Assembly (NCBI GenBank): GCA_021432655.1
Contig: MU271443.1
Span: forward strand, 1 to 64,000
Direction of reading: 5' to 3'
DNA length: 64,000 nucleotides
Origin: Atractiella rhizophila
Lineage: Eukaryota
Shown in pieces: positions 1-12,926 of this stretch. Under the pieces are notes generated by a model. It saw only the letters and a program-made list of their open reading frames with translations. It was not told the DNA's origin and searched no databases. The stretch's first letter is position 1. The number at the start of each line of letters is the position of its first letter. The translations under genes and the position numbers were made by a program.

Positions 1-1872
1 AAGGCTTTGATCGCCAAATTGGGTAATCTTTTCGATGTCTGGTTGGGAAGGCAACGAGAAGTTTTGCCCCGGAGAAAACTGCTGATTGCACCGGTTCTGC
101 CAGTATTCCTGATTGATAGCTCGACTGATGATGCTTGGCTGGTTTTGCGGTGGGGTTGTAAAGAAGAAACCGAACTCAGAGCAGTATTGCCACGGCCACG
201 AGCGAGATGACCATTGATCGAGAGAAACTCGCTCGGCAAAACTGCTGTAGTCGTTCTTCAGCAGATTCGAGTTATCTCCAGCACCGAAACTAGAGGCTTT
301 GTCGTTGAAGAATCCGCGATATGCGTTAAAGATGCGAAATAAAGCGAAAGGAGACATGTCGGTGGTTCTGAGATCAGAGGCTTGGAAAGCTGTCAGAGCT
401 TGTAGAACGAAGGCGTCAAGATCGTTGTGAGGCTCAAATGGTGTTGATGGTTCGTTGGCAACAGAAGCAGCGAGGACTCCACAGAGCGAATCAATGGCCT
501 CGCCATATTTGCCGTTCTTCGGGTCCCAGTCTCCGTTTCTACACAGTTGTTTCAGTCGAGTGTTACATTTAGAGGGTAATCATTACGATTTGCCCTTTCC
601 AGAGGCACTTTGCCAAGTTCTAACCGGCGCGGATAATGCAAAAGCAAACTAGGGGAGGCTACCATCAACGAGGGAAAATAACAATAAACTGAACTTACGT
701 CTGTGTTCGTAAGGCTGTTCGATACACCAAACGTCCGAAACAGCTCTAGCCTCAGCGACTCATTGTCGAGAGCGCCAAGTACAGCGTCTACTGCATCCGT
801 AAAAGCCACGAGCAGCAAGGAGCACTGCTCTGGTAACTTTTGACGGATTAGCTGTGAACAGTGATTAGTTATTGGTTGTGGAAGGATAAATCCGACGTGC
901 ATCCCAATATTGCCACATGGAAATCCTAGCACCAACAACAGGAGCTAATGCCACGTTTCCAAAGAAGACCGAAGGGTAGGTGACTTTAAGGATAGCTGAT
1001 TTAGCCCCGGGATAAGAGCCACCGACGATAATCTGAAGAATGAGTCAGCTCTAGAAATTAACAAAGCCACGAAACGTACCCAAGGCGTGGCAGGAGCACG
1101 GATGTCACCCTCAAAATCAGGCAGGACGATGTTGAGTGCTAGCCAAGCGTTATCTGCGACTGATTCGCGAACATTAAGCCATCGCAAGTTGTCTGTCGAA
1201 AGGTCCGATGTTGGCTGACTCTGCCCGTAGTATCTGTGAAGCTACTGAGGACCATATCAGAAGATTTCAAACAAACCGCTCACCTGTGCTCTAAACTGAT
1301 ACCCAGCGCTCCGAGTTCTTTCATCAATGTCGTCGTGAGATAGTCGTATCTGGGATCTACCCAACTGCTCCCTCCTTCACCTTCCCCTAATTGCCGCCAT
1401 TTCAATAACAGAACAAGGCCAAGACAAAATATGTACCGCAGTCGAAGAGAAGGACAGGTCCACCAGGTTTGTAGTAATAATCACTGTACCAAAACCGCTG
1501 CTTCCAACTGACATCTCCAACGCCACCATCGTTGAAGTGACTAAGACGTTGTTCGAACCAAAGAGGTTCGCTAACGTTGTGGGAAGACGAGCTGGTAAAA
1601 GAAGATGAGACACCTGAGCCCAAGAAAAGGTCCGTCTGCTGAGATGTGAAAGACGTCTCCCAATCGGGATGCGAGGATACAAATTCTTCGTATGCCTCAA
1701 TCATCCCACTCGTAATCATAACTTGATTGTCCATCGAAATACCTCCCGCTACAAGCTGTACCCAATCTGGTGCATTGACATTGCTCAAACCAGTGGTGCT
1801 GCTGCTCAGAGCTGCAGAGGTAGATCGTAAGTTGAAAAGAAAAACAGAAAATGCCGCAATGAGCGAAATCAT
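1..1872 (-). CDS. Secreted serine peptidase family S28 (prolyl carboxypeptidase-like); multi-exon, 3' end outside the window
   Basis: Signal-peptide-like MISLIAAFSVFLF; WFEQRLSHF...WKQRFWYSDYYYKPGGPVLLFD; RYYGQS; RWLNVRESVADNA, all typical S28 motifs across exons. Confidence 0.85.
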
Positions 1873-2689
1873 GATGTGGTCGTGCAATCGAAAATGTCCT
1901 TTATTGATGAGAAGTTGCCACCAGAATCCTACCATTCCGACTTATAAAGTCATAACGACCGAAGATCACGGTAAACATCTGTCGCTCCCCGATAGCGAAG
2001 ATCCGAGGACAATCAAAGTAATGTCCGTGACAATGAGCCAAATGTCTCCAAAGTGCGATAAGTACGAGGCTTCACACGCAAGTATTGATGGCGCAAGCGA
2101 TGCTGTGCCAGAGTAAGTTGGAGGGCAGCGGTGAAGCAGGATCTAATGTATCCCATATCTAAGCCAAGTAGTGCGTTCTGTCGAGATGACGCCGTAGATA
2201 CGCACTACTGGAGATAGTATACGCCCTGCGAGTGTCATACTATAGAAGTGATTGAAGCCCTAACTGGTGTAGGGTATGTACACATGAAGAGCTGCAGTTT
2301 GCAGAACCGCATGATGCTCTTTCCCATTTCGTTCGACGTGGTCAGCAATGATTCAATAACATCCTTTGGCAAAGGTTATGGCAGAATCAATTACAACTTG
2401 AACGGTCCTGTTCACGCACGACACCGCGAAGCAGGTTGAAAGAGACTCAGACTTGTTTAAAGTTTTCATACTCGTTTTTCCTTGACCTACTCGAACACTT
2501 AGTTGCGAGCTAATGGCCAACATGGCGGCGCAGGAACATATACAAACCGGCGAATAAAACTACGAAGATGTTTGTGGTGGTCAAGAAATCACGTGACCCT
2601 ACCCAATTGGACCAACAGATGATAGAACGACGAATCTAAGCTACACCAGGGACTCACTCGATGTTGTGAGCCGAAACCCTTATAGCAGC

Positions 2690-4323
2690 ATGTCTGTCCA
2701 GTTTTTCTGCCTTCTTCTGTTATCTACGGTGCATTCCTTGCCGTTCTCTCCAACCACCACACTAGTTGATGTCGACAACTCCCTCCTTGACCTATCCTAC
2801 TATCGATCTCGCACATTGGGGTTCTACACTCGCCCAAGTCGTTGGTCTCCAGCTTCTGTAGACACATCAGCTCTGTTTCCGTTCGAAGAGCAACTTGAAG
2901 CACCGAGCTCCGACAACAAGATTGAAAAACGACAAGGAATACCAAATTATGGCGCTCCTTACCCTCCTACATGGCTGGATATATACAATGTTACATCGCT
3001 CAGCTTGCTTTCAAGGTCTGTCGTGACCAGGATGTCAACTTGGTTGGGAAGCAATAATCAGTAAGCTCTCTCTTCGCTGTATATAGACAGGCGGTTGAGG
3101 GTGAGAAGGTACGAATGGACGGCTTGGTGGCAGAACCCCGTGGTAGGAATTGCTTATGCCGATCTTGATCTTGCCTTTGGAGACGAGTTCAATAAGGAAG
3201 TCATAACGGCTCTGCTGACCAGCAATGATCAAGGTGTTAGCTACATGATTGATAAATATGTAGATGATCAGGGTGTGTCCTCCTGATTGCCTTGCATAAC
3301 TTTGGTCTGAAACAGAAAGACAGCTTGGTGGGGTTTGTTTGCCCTGAAAGGTTATTTGCTGTACGGAAACGAAAAATGGCTGCAAGCAGCCACGATCATC
3401 CAGCGCAATTCATCTGAGTATTGGGACGACACCTGTGGTGGTACGCATTCTCTCTTTATTCAGTTTCGGGAAAGATTTGAAAGCGACGGAACAGGTGGAG
3501 TCCTCTGGTTGACGTATCAGCAAGGCTACAAAAACACGATTACAAACGCTCTCTACTTCTCCCTCCTCACCCGGCTCTACCTCCTCACTGGTCTCCCGTA
3601 CTATTTCACCGAATCTCAACGCGTCCTCGAATGGTGGTTCAGCTGGGCTTTCGAACCTTCAACCGCCAAAGTGTACGACGACATGAGCGCTGCGCCAGAT
3701 TGTCACCTTCAAAACCTTCAAAAATACACCTATAATTCGGGTAGCATGTTACCAGGACTAGTCGACCTTTATCACGCCACGGGGAACGAGACCCTTCTCG
3801 ATGTTGGAAGATCGATTGCGTATGCGGGTATTAGGGATTTCTCAACCGAAGGAGAGGGAATAACGAGGGAAGATTGCGAGAATGATCCTGCACCGAGCGC
3901 AGATCTACCACCAGGCTGCCAGCAGGATCCCATCTTGGTGCGTCCCAATATCTGCAACTTTGGCCCATGCTGACATGCAAATCAGTTCAAGGGCATTTTC
4001 CTTGCGGGAATGAAGGATCTGTACCTTGCGAGGCCTGATGAGAACATTCTCAACTATCTTAATACTCAGCTCTTGTCAGCGACGTTCAATGACCTCGATA
4101 GCACCTGGTTATACGGTCAATGGTGGTCTGGACCCGTGAGTTCATCAACTCTGGTTCTGGAAGCAAATTACTCATGTTACGTGTGTGTCACCAGTGGAAC
4201 GAAACGACTGCTGGACCAAAGACTCAGATTTGCGCTCTCAGCCTTCTGAGTGCTGCTATCTCTGCCGATGTCGACTTCGTGAAACATTACGAGGCAAACG
4301 GCCATCCGCCTCCTCAACGATAG
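2690..4323 (+). CDS. Glycoside hydrolase family 76 (alpha-1,6-mannanase/DFG5-like), secreted
   Basis: Signal peptide MSVQFFCLLLLSTVHS; YVDDQ; WDDTCGG, GVLW, YKNTITNALY, YTYNSG and FKGIF motifs. Confidence 0.88.
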
Positions 4324-4434
4324 CACCTTTATTTACTTCATAACGGACTTTCGTATCTTCTTTATTGTATTGCACAATATGTACATTATCACTCGCATGC
4401 TGATACCACTAATTGTCCTTATACCAGTCCTTGC

Positions 4435-5723
4435 TTATTCGACCATCGTTGCCGTCGTAGCATCCCTAGCTTGCTTCAAGAATTTGGATAGATCAGATCC
4501 TCCACTTCCCTTCAGAGCCAACCCTTCCTCATCCCCATTGGGCTGAGCTAGTTTTCCCGTTCTTGCTTCTACGATGACGAGACGAGCAACCATGCGAAAG
4601 TGGAAGTCTCTAAAGCGTTTGAGAGCAGCAACCGCTTCGTTATACGCGGCCTTCAGCTCTGCATCATCGCTCAACAAAACCGTCTCGCGTATAGACTTGA
4701 TTTCCGTCAAAAAACGACGGTTGGAAGCCGGCATGTAATGCGACATGCTATCCATGAACCCAGAGGAATGTTCAACACCCAGGAAGACGTCGATGGAATG
4801 AAGCAGGGTGCTTTGGCCGGCTGTTGGTCCACCTAGCTCCTTCACCACGGTCGAATCCCCGACCTGGAAGGCGTATGTACCACCCATTATCCATGGACGA
4901 TATTGGTGGTAGAAAACGCCGCTGGAAATTGTTTGAGAATTTTGATACATGGCATCCGTCATTTTGATGATAATTTGGGAGAGCCGTTGGAGGGAAGAAG
5001 GAGTGCTAGGTGAGGAGGAAACGATTATCGAGAGGGCAGATGCACCAAGAAGTTCTGCGATAAGACTCGTTTTGTTGAAGTCGAGTTCGGATGTCACTCC
5101 AGGATTGGAGCGAGGAAGGAATGTTGAGGTTGGTGCAAAATTGCTAGCAGAAGGCATTACGGATGAAATGTTAGGGACGCGTAGTACTCACTCGATGGTA
5201 TACCCTTTCGATGGATCCTGAAACGACCAGTTCCACAAAACTAAAGTCTGCCTCCTTGCGTGAGAACAAAATCGGAAGAGAGCGGTTAAATTTTACGCAC
5301 TGAGTAAGACAGAACCGGCTGCATCCCCATCTCGTCGCTTAACTCCAGCAAGATTCTTGAAATGCTCTTTGGAACGACGAACTTCGTTTCTTCACCAGAA
5401 TGTTCTGAATGAACATAAAACTGGACAGTCAGGGTTAAGAGTACCAATGCTCTGCGTTTGACATCCTTGTCCTTCAGCTCGGAGCAGTCGTAGTTCCCTA
5501 ATTCTTCTACTTCATTCCTCCATTTCATGCTCGCCGTCGCCTCGCTGTTTTCAAAATCACCAGAAGCGAGTGAACATTCTTCTGGGGCACGCCGTATTAA
5601 ATCTTCCAACTTCGCCCAAAAAGTGTTGGGCAGGAGCGGACGAAGATCGGAGACTGGCTCTTTGGTTGGAAGGAACCCGAGCTCCAGCGAAGCTTCGGAA
5701 GGCATCAAGGAGTCTGCAGCCAT
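4435..5723 (-). CDS. Indoleamine 2,3-dioxygenase (IDO/BNA2-like)
   Basis: GFLP, PVLSY, LVLWNW, FYHQYRPWIMG, GPTAGQSTLLHSIDVFLGV, YMP, FRDFH and GSGGS motifs; 3 exons. Confidence 0.88.
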
Positions 5724-6857
5724 AATGCTGAAAAGGTCGTAGTTCACTACAGAGGTGGGGCGTATCACAGCATGCAACAATGAGCAACAATCCGGCTTTT
5801 CAGGTCAAGGCAGCTGCTGAGTCAGGCGGACTACACAGACAAGGGGGGTGGGTCTGGGAAGGGGAAATAGGAGGTAATTTCTGGAGCGGGGAGTGACGCA
5901 CTTCGTCTTTCGTGCCCTCACCCATGTCGAGGATCGCTTCGGCGAGCAGCCTCGAACGCTCTCCCTGCAGGTTGGTCCATTGTAACGTCTCAACCATCGA
6001 GAAAATCGCGGGTTCTACTTCGTCCCAGTGGCGACAGAAACATTTCGGAACAATTACAATTCAAGTTGCAGCATCAAATTGTCGCGTGCGTGCGTATCAA
6101 ACTACATCAACGCTTGGTTACGCGAGTAGTAAGAGAGCGCGGCGAATTGAGATTGGTGTGGCAGGATGTTCTAGGAGAGTCTAGATGCTGCTGTTCAGCC
6201 CAGTGACAGCGCATGCCCGAATCAGCTTGGAGTCTTAAAATGATGTCTCCAAAATTCAGCTGTGTGATGAGTTCACAAAAGCAACATGCAGACATCTTCT
6301 TAGAGACAATGCAAAGTTGGTCAATCAAGCTCAAATGTGATGCCGATACTTGACGGTTCAGAGCACACACCTTAATTGCTGGGTGCTATGATAGCTTGAC
6401 CACATCGTGCTGAGTGCTGTCAGTGCTGACCGAATCCTTATTTGTTCAGATTTGTTCAGCATCAGCTTTCTCCGACCATCCGAGAGAGAAGGTGGAGGGT
6501 GAAGGACTTGGGTTAAGTTGCTAGAGGTTACTCAATGCTAATTTCTGTTCATTGTTACCCATTCTTGGATCTTAGAGTGTATGGTGCGACTGGGCTTGGG
6601 GACTCTTGTCGTGCTTTACCTCCGTTAAGTACAGTCAGCTTGCTTTTTTAGAACTCCACAACAGCTCGAGTACGAGCCGAACAGTCAGTATTCCGCTCAA
6701 AAGCTTGAACAAGGTAGTTCTGACTGATCGCCGTTCAGGGAGATTACCTGTCAAGCGAGCCGGCACGAACTTGCAAATCTCTGGTAGCCTCACAATTGTC
6801 GATAGCTGCATATCTACTGACCTTCGAGCCAGCTTCCGTCCCTTTTGAAAGAAATCA

Positions 6858-9224
6858 ATGGAGAAGCGTGTAGGAGACGATACAAATCCCGGTCGTAGAC
6901 GGTGAGCACCGCTTTGGGCCTCACAAACTGCATGAGAAACACTTATTGCTCGCAGATGGAACCTGAATCAACTGTCGCTGGGAGCATACAGCTCCTCGAA
7001 GGAGCTCTTCGCAGACATTTCGAAGATTCGGACTAGGGACAAGAGAAATAGAAGGATGAAGGATCCAAGGCAGAAGGGACCGATCTTCAAGGAAAGGTAG
7101 ATACCCATCCTACATTCAGCTCACTGATGACTTTTGAACGAATTGCAGTACGACCTTACACGAATCCAAACTTCAACGAACTGTGGATACCGTTTTATTG
7201 AGCGATTCTTCCATAAATTCACGGCTAGGGCTCCATGTCCTTTCAATAAGCCTGGGCGACCACCTTTTATCTCGTGAGCATCTTCCCTAAGGTGATTGCA
7301 TGAAATCAAACCTCAAACAGTGGGAATTGACTATTCGGCTGTCATGCTTCAGGCGGTCACGACCTTCCGCCTACCTTCGACCTACACGTCCTACCAACAA
7401 TTCAAGGCGGAAGTCAGTGGTGGCCACATGTCTGACCTTGCTGAGGCAAGTTTCCGGATTGATATTCGACCTGTCCAAGCTGATGTGCTGTCCAGGTTTG
7501 GATGTCTTATGCCTTAATGCTTGGGGTGAGATGGACGCATCATTCTGTATATCAATCGCTTTGCTACAGTCTCCAATAACCTAAGCACACATTAGGCAAT
7601 TCTTGGACGTCAAAGTCTCATCGCCATACCGGAACAAACACTAGCAGACGACCCATTAGACCTACGGCCACAAGGGTACGCACGATACCATGCCTGGATG
7701 CGACTTCTGCATCAAACCATTGATCTCGCCACGAGGTCACAATCCTCTATCATTCGACGCTCCGACCAGTCGTCTCTAACGATCATCTTAACCATGTTGA
7801 GCTCCACATACAGGCTGCATCCAGTAATGGCGAAACAGCTGTTGAGGACCGCTTGGCAGATCTTCCAGACGTTATGGGCTGGAAGGACAGAAGGCGAAGA
7901 GAGGGTATTGGTGGACAATTTCAAACACATCTATGTAAGGTGCCTTCACTTCCACCCGAAAAACCTGATCTGTTGGACACAGATGTATGACATTATTATT
8001 CATACAGATTGCGACGAAATGGTGTTCTTGTGAGAAATAACTACCACAAATGTAAACATCTTGATGACGGATAGGACGGACGATCAAATCCGCAAAGTTC
8101 TTCGAACTACCATGGCAGAATCGGGATTGTTCATTGACCCCTCTTTTTTTTATTTAAACAAAACCAGATTGTTTAATATTTCAGAAGATTGGGGCATGCC
8201 ACAGTGGTGTCTTAGGCGACACATTTCGCTCATAAGTGAGTAATGTTGTCCAAGGCAGTGTGTTGTTCAACCACTTCCGATAGGAGGTAAAATAAAGGGA
8301 CGTTCAATAACTTCAACAGAATGTCAATCTTTTTGCCTCAAAATCATGGAACTCTGCGAAGATTTCCGTCGGTGGAGAGAAGAAGATTTCCAACTCATTT
8401 CTCAGCCATCGGATGAAATCTGCGACCGCGAACAGCCTTTGTATTCGTGTGCCATTGGAGAAGAGGATTTCACTTCCACAATATACACCCAATGCCGGGA
8501 AGCAAGAAATGTCTTTTCAACAGCTCGTCTACTCGCATTTTGTCAAGAGATGTGTCCCGAAAATGATACCTTCAACGAGATGATCAATACTTGGAACATC
8601 GCTTGTGATCGCCAAATCCACCTTGTCTGCGATTTGGTTGCCATTCTTCTGCAGAGGTACAAATTGTCACCATGTTCCCTCCTTGACAACGCATTTAGTG
8701 CGAAGGTTCACGCCTTGTTCGACTCCATTTTCGATTCTCACACTCTCGTCCAATGGTGCCGTCACTTTCGCGATAGAAAGCCATTGATGCAAGAGCATGC
8801 TTTCTCGCTTCATCTACCTTGTCCATTTTACTGATGGCAGTCCTGTAGGTGGATAAATATCATGAAACATTTGTCCTTTCACCAAAAAACCACGGCAGAC
8901 CAAGTGACGGCATTTGAGACCGAAGAGGAAGCGCAGGCGACTTTTTCGTCGTCGTCGTCGCAAATTGAGGTGAGCATTCACTTCCCATGAAGCACAGGAA
9001 TCGGACAGCTGCTGAAGATTCCATCCCAGGCAGACTTGGGTAGCACAGAGCCCGCTCTTGCGCGATTTACGAGTGAAATCACGGGGGATAGTCTTGAGGC
9101 GTTGTGCTCGTCTGTGTCATCAGTTTCGGATGAACTTCGAAGCCCTTCCCCGTCAATATGGGATTTTTCGAACACTCTTGGCACAATGATAGCGCACGAT
9201 GTTGAACTTGAGACCCTACTGTAA
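6858..9224 (+). CDS. Fungal transcription-factor paralog 1; Zn2Cys6 cluster eroded, remainder apparently intact
   Basis: Exon-by-exon homology to the genes at 9804 and 27276 (SSSKELFADISKIR, SLGDHLLS, DLRPQGYAR, DREQP, RSPSPSIWDF). In-frame ATG at 6858 is preceded by TGA at 6846. Confidence 0.65.
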
Positions 9225-9803
9225 ATTGCTGTAACTTTATGGAACTGTTCATTATAGTTCATTCAGGACTCGTTCATCCCTCAGAACGACAATACATCCT
9301 GATACAGGAGAACTGACTGTTCTCTTCGGATAAGCAACAATCGGCCCGCACCGGCAGCCCCAAACGAATCTTCACTTTCCCTGCGGCAATTCTTTTTGAG
9401 ACCAGCTCAGCTTTGAATGGCGAGTCATCATCTAGCTCATCAAGAGGGCTGCTCTCGATGTTGCTGCCTGTTCTACTCAAGCGTATGTCGCGGAAGCCTA
9501 TCCTTGAGCCAAGATTGTCTTAAGACCCGTCCCCGTAGTCTGCACGTGTTGAAAGGTGATTAGCCATTACATCACCGCCGCAGGACATGCAGGAAGAAAG
9601 AGAAAGGGGCGGAAGGAAGAGCTGTCAGAAGCTCGTGTCCTTCCGATGCTAAATGTACCGGCAGCAATTATCCCATCGGCAAGGCTGACAAGGTAGGTTC
9701 CACGCCGTTCTACAAGAGGAGAACTCTCGTTGAAAGCTTGAAAGACGAAGAAGGTGAGTAGGAATACTAAGTCAGGTGTCAACAACCGACCCATCCAGAT
9801 ACG

Positions 9804-12483
9804 ATGCCTCCCTCGCGATCACCTTGTTTGGCTTGTCAAACTCGGCAACGGACTTGCCTCCCCTCTGCTCAAGGCACGAGATGTGCTCCTTGCGCTGTAG
9901 AAGATATAACCTGCTCCCTCTTGAAGAAAGCGTCCAAACGAAAACGGGACGACCCGGACGTTGATCCCGCTCGTAGACGGTTCGTTTTCTTTGGAGGCAT
10001 ACAAGTGAATACTGACACTGAGATTCTAGTTGGGATCTTAACCAGCTCTCGGGAGGGACTTATAGTTCTTCGAAAGATCTTTACGCTGATATTTCCAAGA
10101 TCCGAAAAAATGAAAGAAGGAGGCCTGCCTCCACCACCACTGGTCCAGATTCAACTTCTATTCCTGGCAAAGGCAGAGGTGGCGGTAAAAGGAAGCAAGG
10201 CCAAAAGGCATCGGCTTCACGCTCCAAAGATGGGTGAGTGAACGTTAGCAGCGTATTTTTTGATTTACTTTTGCTGACCATATTTTATCAGAACCGTCGC
10301 GCCAGCAGCAAGTACGAAAAGGAATGGTCGCCGTTACGAACGTCTGCTTCACAAAGTTACCGAAGGGGTTGTACAAACGATGGAACTTGGAGATTCGTCT
10401 CTCGACTCCCAACTTGGAATGCATCAACTGGCGATGAGCTTAGGGGATCACCTTTTGAGTTGTGGGTTGTCGCTACTTTCCCAAACAAGATTCAGTCGGG
10501 TGATGCTACGTCCAACAGTGGGCATAGACTACTCACAGACAATTATCAAAGGAATCGGCTCACATCGACTCCCCTCTTCTTACACATCGTATCGGCAGCT
10601 CAAGACGGAGAATTCCAAAACCATCACGGATTTTGCTGATGTACAGACTCTCATTTGCCGTTCCATCGTCCCCGGTTAATCTCAAGTACAGATTTGGATC
10701 TCCTACGCCTTAATGCTAGGCGTAAAATGGACGACACATTCTGTAAGAGTCCTAGTCCTGAGACAGAAGAACGCCAACCGACAGAGTCTAGGCGGTTCTA
10801 GGTAGCTTGAGTCTGCCTTCGATACCACGAACATCGCTCTTGGAAAAGCCTCTCGATTTACGTTCTCAGGGTTACCTGCGCCATGGAGTCCGAATGCAGC
10901 TGTTACAGCGTTGCGTCATGCTAGCAAGTGCTCCAGACTCGCCTTTGACTGAACAGCCCAGCATCAGTTCCCTTGCCGTCCTTTTGTCCATCATCAGCTC
11001 TGCACAAAGTCAATGTTTTGGACATGCAAAACCTCTCATTGCCACAGCTTTCGAGGTGTTCAGAAAGCTTCGTGAGCGGAAGCTGTCTACTAAGGAGAAC
11101 ATGGAACTTTTGGAGAGCTTTCAGATGCTTTATGTATGCATTCAGAGTTGGAAAATATAACCAAGCTGAGCGTAGACGACAGGTGTATGATACCAGCCTT
11201 CACATGGCTTACGGAGAACTACCCTCTCTGTGAGCGTTTTTGTCTTGCCTTTCGTGCACTCTGCCGACAGGTGTTTACAGGACAGATGATGTAATTTTAA
11301 ACTCCCTTCAAGGTCTGGATAGCGATCCAGAAGTCTATATCGACCCATTCTACTTCTCCTCTCATCAAGAGAGGCTGTTCAAGAACGTTCCTTTCTCCAG
11401 TGAGATACATCACTACGCCATCCGGAGGTACTTTGCGTTCGCCCGTTCGTCACCTACTTTCTTCTCCAGCGGAAAGATTCTGACTTTTATTGCCTCTCTC
11501 TGACCTGACACTTATTCAGGTGACAGAATCAAACGAGGGCTGGCGATGTCGGAAGAAGCACAGCATCTTTGCTTTGAGCTGATGCAGCTATGTGCTAATT
11601 ACAGAATTTGGCGTCAAAGTACATTCCAGCTCATCCCGGAATCGCTCGAAGAGGTAGCTGATCGGGAGCAGCCAATCCTCAGATCTGCCGTTGGGGAGGA
11701 GGGTTATTCCGCTTCATTTTTCACTCAAGGTCGTGAAGCCAGGATGATGTTCTTCATTGCAGAACTGCTAGAGCTATGCAAACAGAAGTTTCTCGACAAC
11801 CCAGCATTCGACGAGATGACGAGAACGGTAGAAATAGCTTGTGATCAACAAGTTCATTTCTGTCTCGATATGTTTGCGATCTTGTTGGACAGGAATGAGA
11901 AGTTGCCACGGCCAATGCTCGACGAAGGCTTCAGTGGAAAAGTCCACATCATCTTCACCAACTGTATCGACACTAGCTATCTTGTTGGCTGGGGCAGGCG
12001 ATTTCCAGAACGAAGACCTTTGATCGAGCGGTCAGTGCTGTGTGACAAGCTTCCATCTGACTGATAACGAACCTTCATGGCAGACTGATGCAGATTATGA
12101 AGCATCTGTCATTCTTTTCGAAAGAGACAGCGGATAGAGTAGCCATTCTTGAGGCGTTAGACCAACCAGCCACACAGGTACGTATTCATACTACAACAAA
12201 ATTTGACGCGCTCACTGTTCTGGTACAGAGTCAACAGGAAGCCGAAATACCTCATAGTTCGACATCAAATCCAGATGTTGAGGATTTGAGGACCCATAGA
12301 AGAGATGTGCGATCACAAACTTTGGATTCGTTCACAGGCACTCCGTCTCCCCATCAGTTTTCGCCAGGTTTAAGAACCGATATCCGAAGTCCCTCTCCAT
12401 CGATCTGGGACTTCCACAACACTCTCAAGGCTATAACGAGTCCGGCCAGTGAGACTCCGAGTGCGACTCCAGGACAGAATTGA
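9804..12483 (+). CDS. Zn(II)2Cys6 transcription factor, paralog 2
   Basis: N-terminal CLACQTRQRTCLPSAQGTRCAPCAVEDITC (C-x2-C-x6-C-x8-C-x2-C-x6-C); multi-exon body shared with the paralogs. Confidence 0.8.
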
Positions 12484-12926
12484 TGACGGGAGTGTTCGAG
12501 TTCGATATCGTTAGATATTTTATCAAGGCCTGTATAAAATGTGTGTTGACTGATCGAGAGCCCAAGTCAATTTCCAGTTATTCCAACCCATTTTATATCC
12601 TCTGACAACTAGAACCCAGCTCCTATTTCCTTGTTACGATGATATCCGTCAAGTTGCATATCAATGAAATGCTAGGTTGACTGACACGAAGGAAGGTAGA
12701 ACGCGATAAATTTACGTATAAGAACCTGGTACCAATATTTCACACTGAACAGGAATCCCAAAAGTTGATGGAACCGGCTTAAAATCGATCAAGGAAATCA
12801 GATACACGAAAACAAAACTGGGTTGGTCATTGAAGTGGTAAGGTACTACGGATAAACCCCATAAACCATCACTCTCCTCAAGTATCCAGGTTGAATTTAA
12901 CATTCCCTTGGAAAGACATCGAATCA

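Noticed and set aside
5800..6480. Short ORFs and TG/CA-rich DNA upstream of IDO (similar at 27600-27950) as a transposon
   Set aside because: No terminal repeats, target-site duplication or transposase motifs visible.
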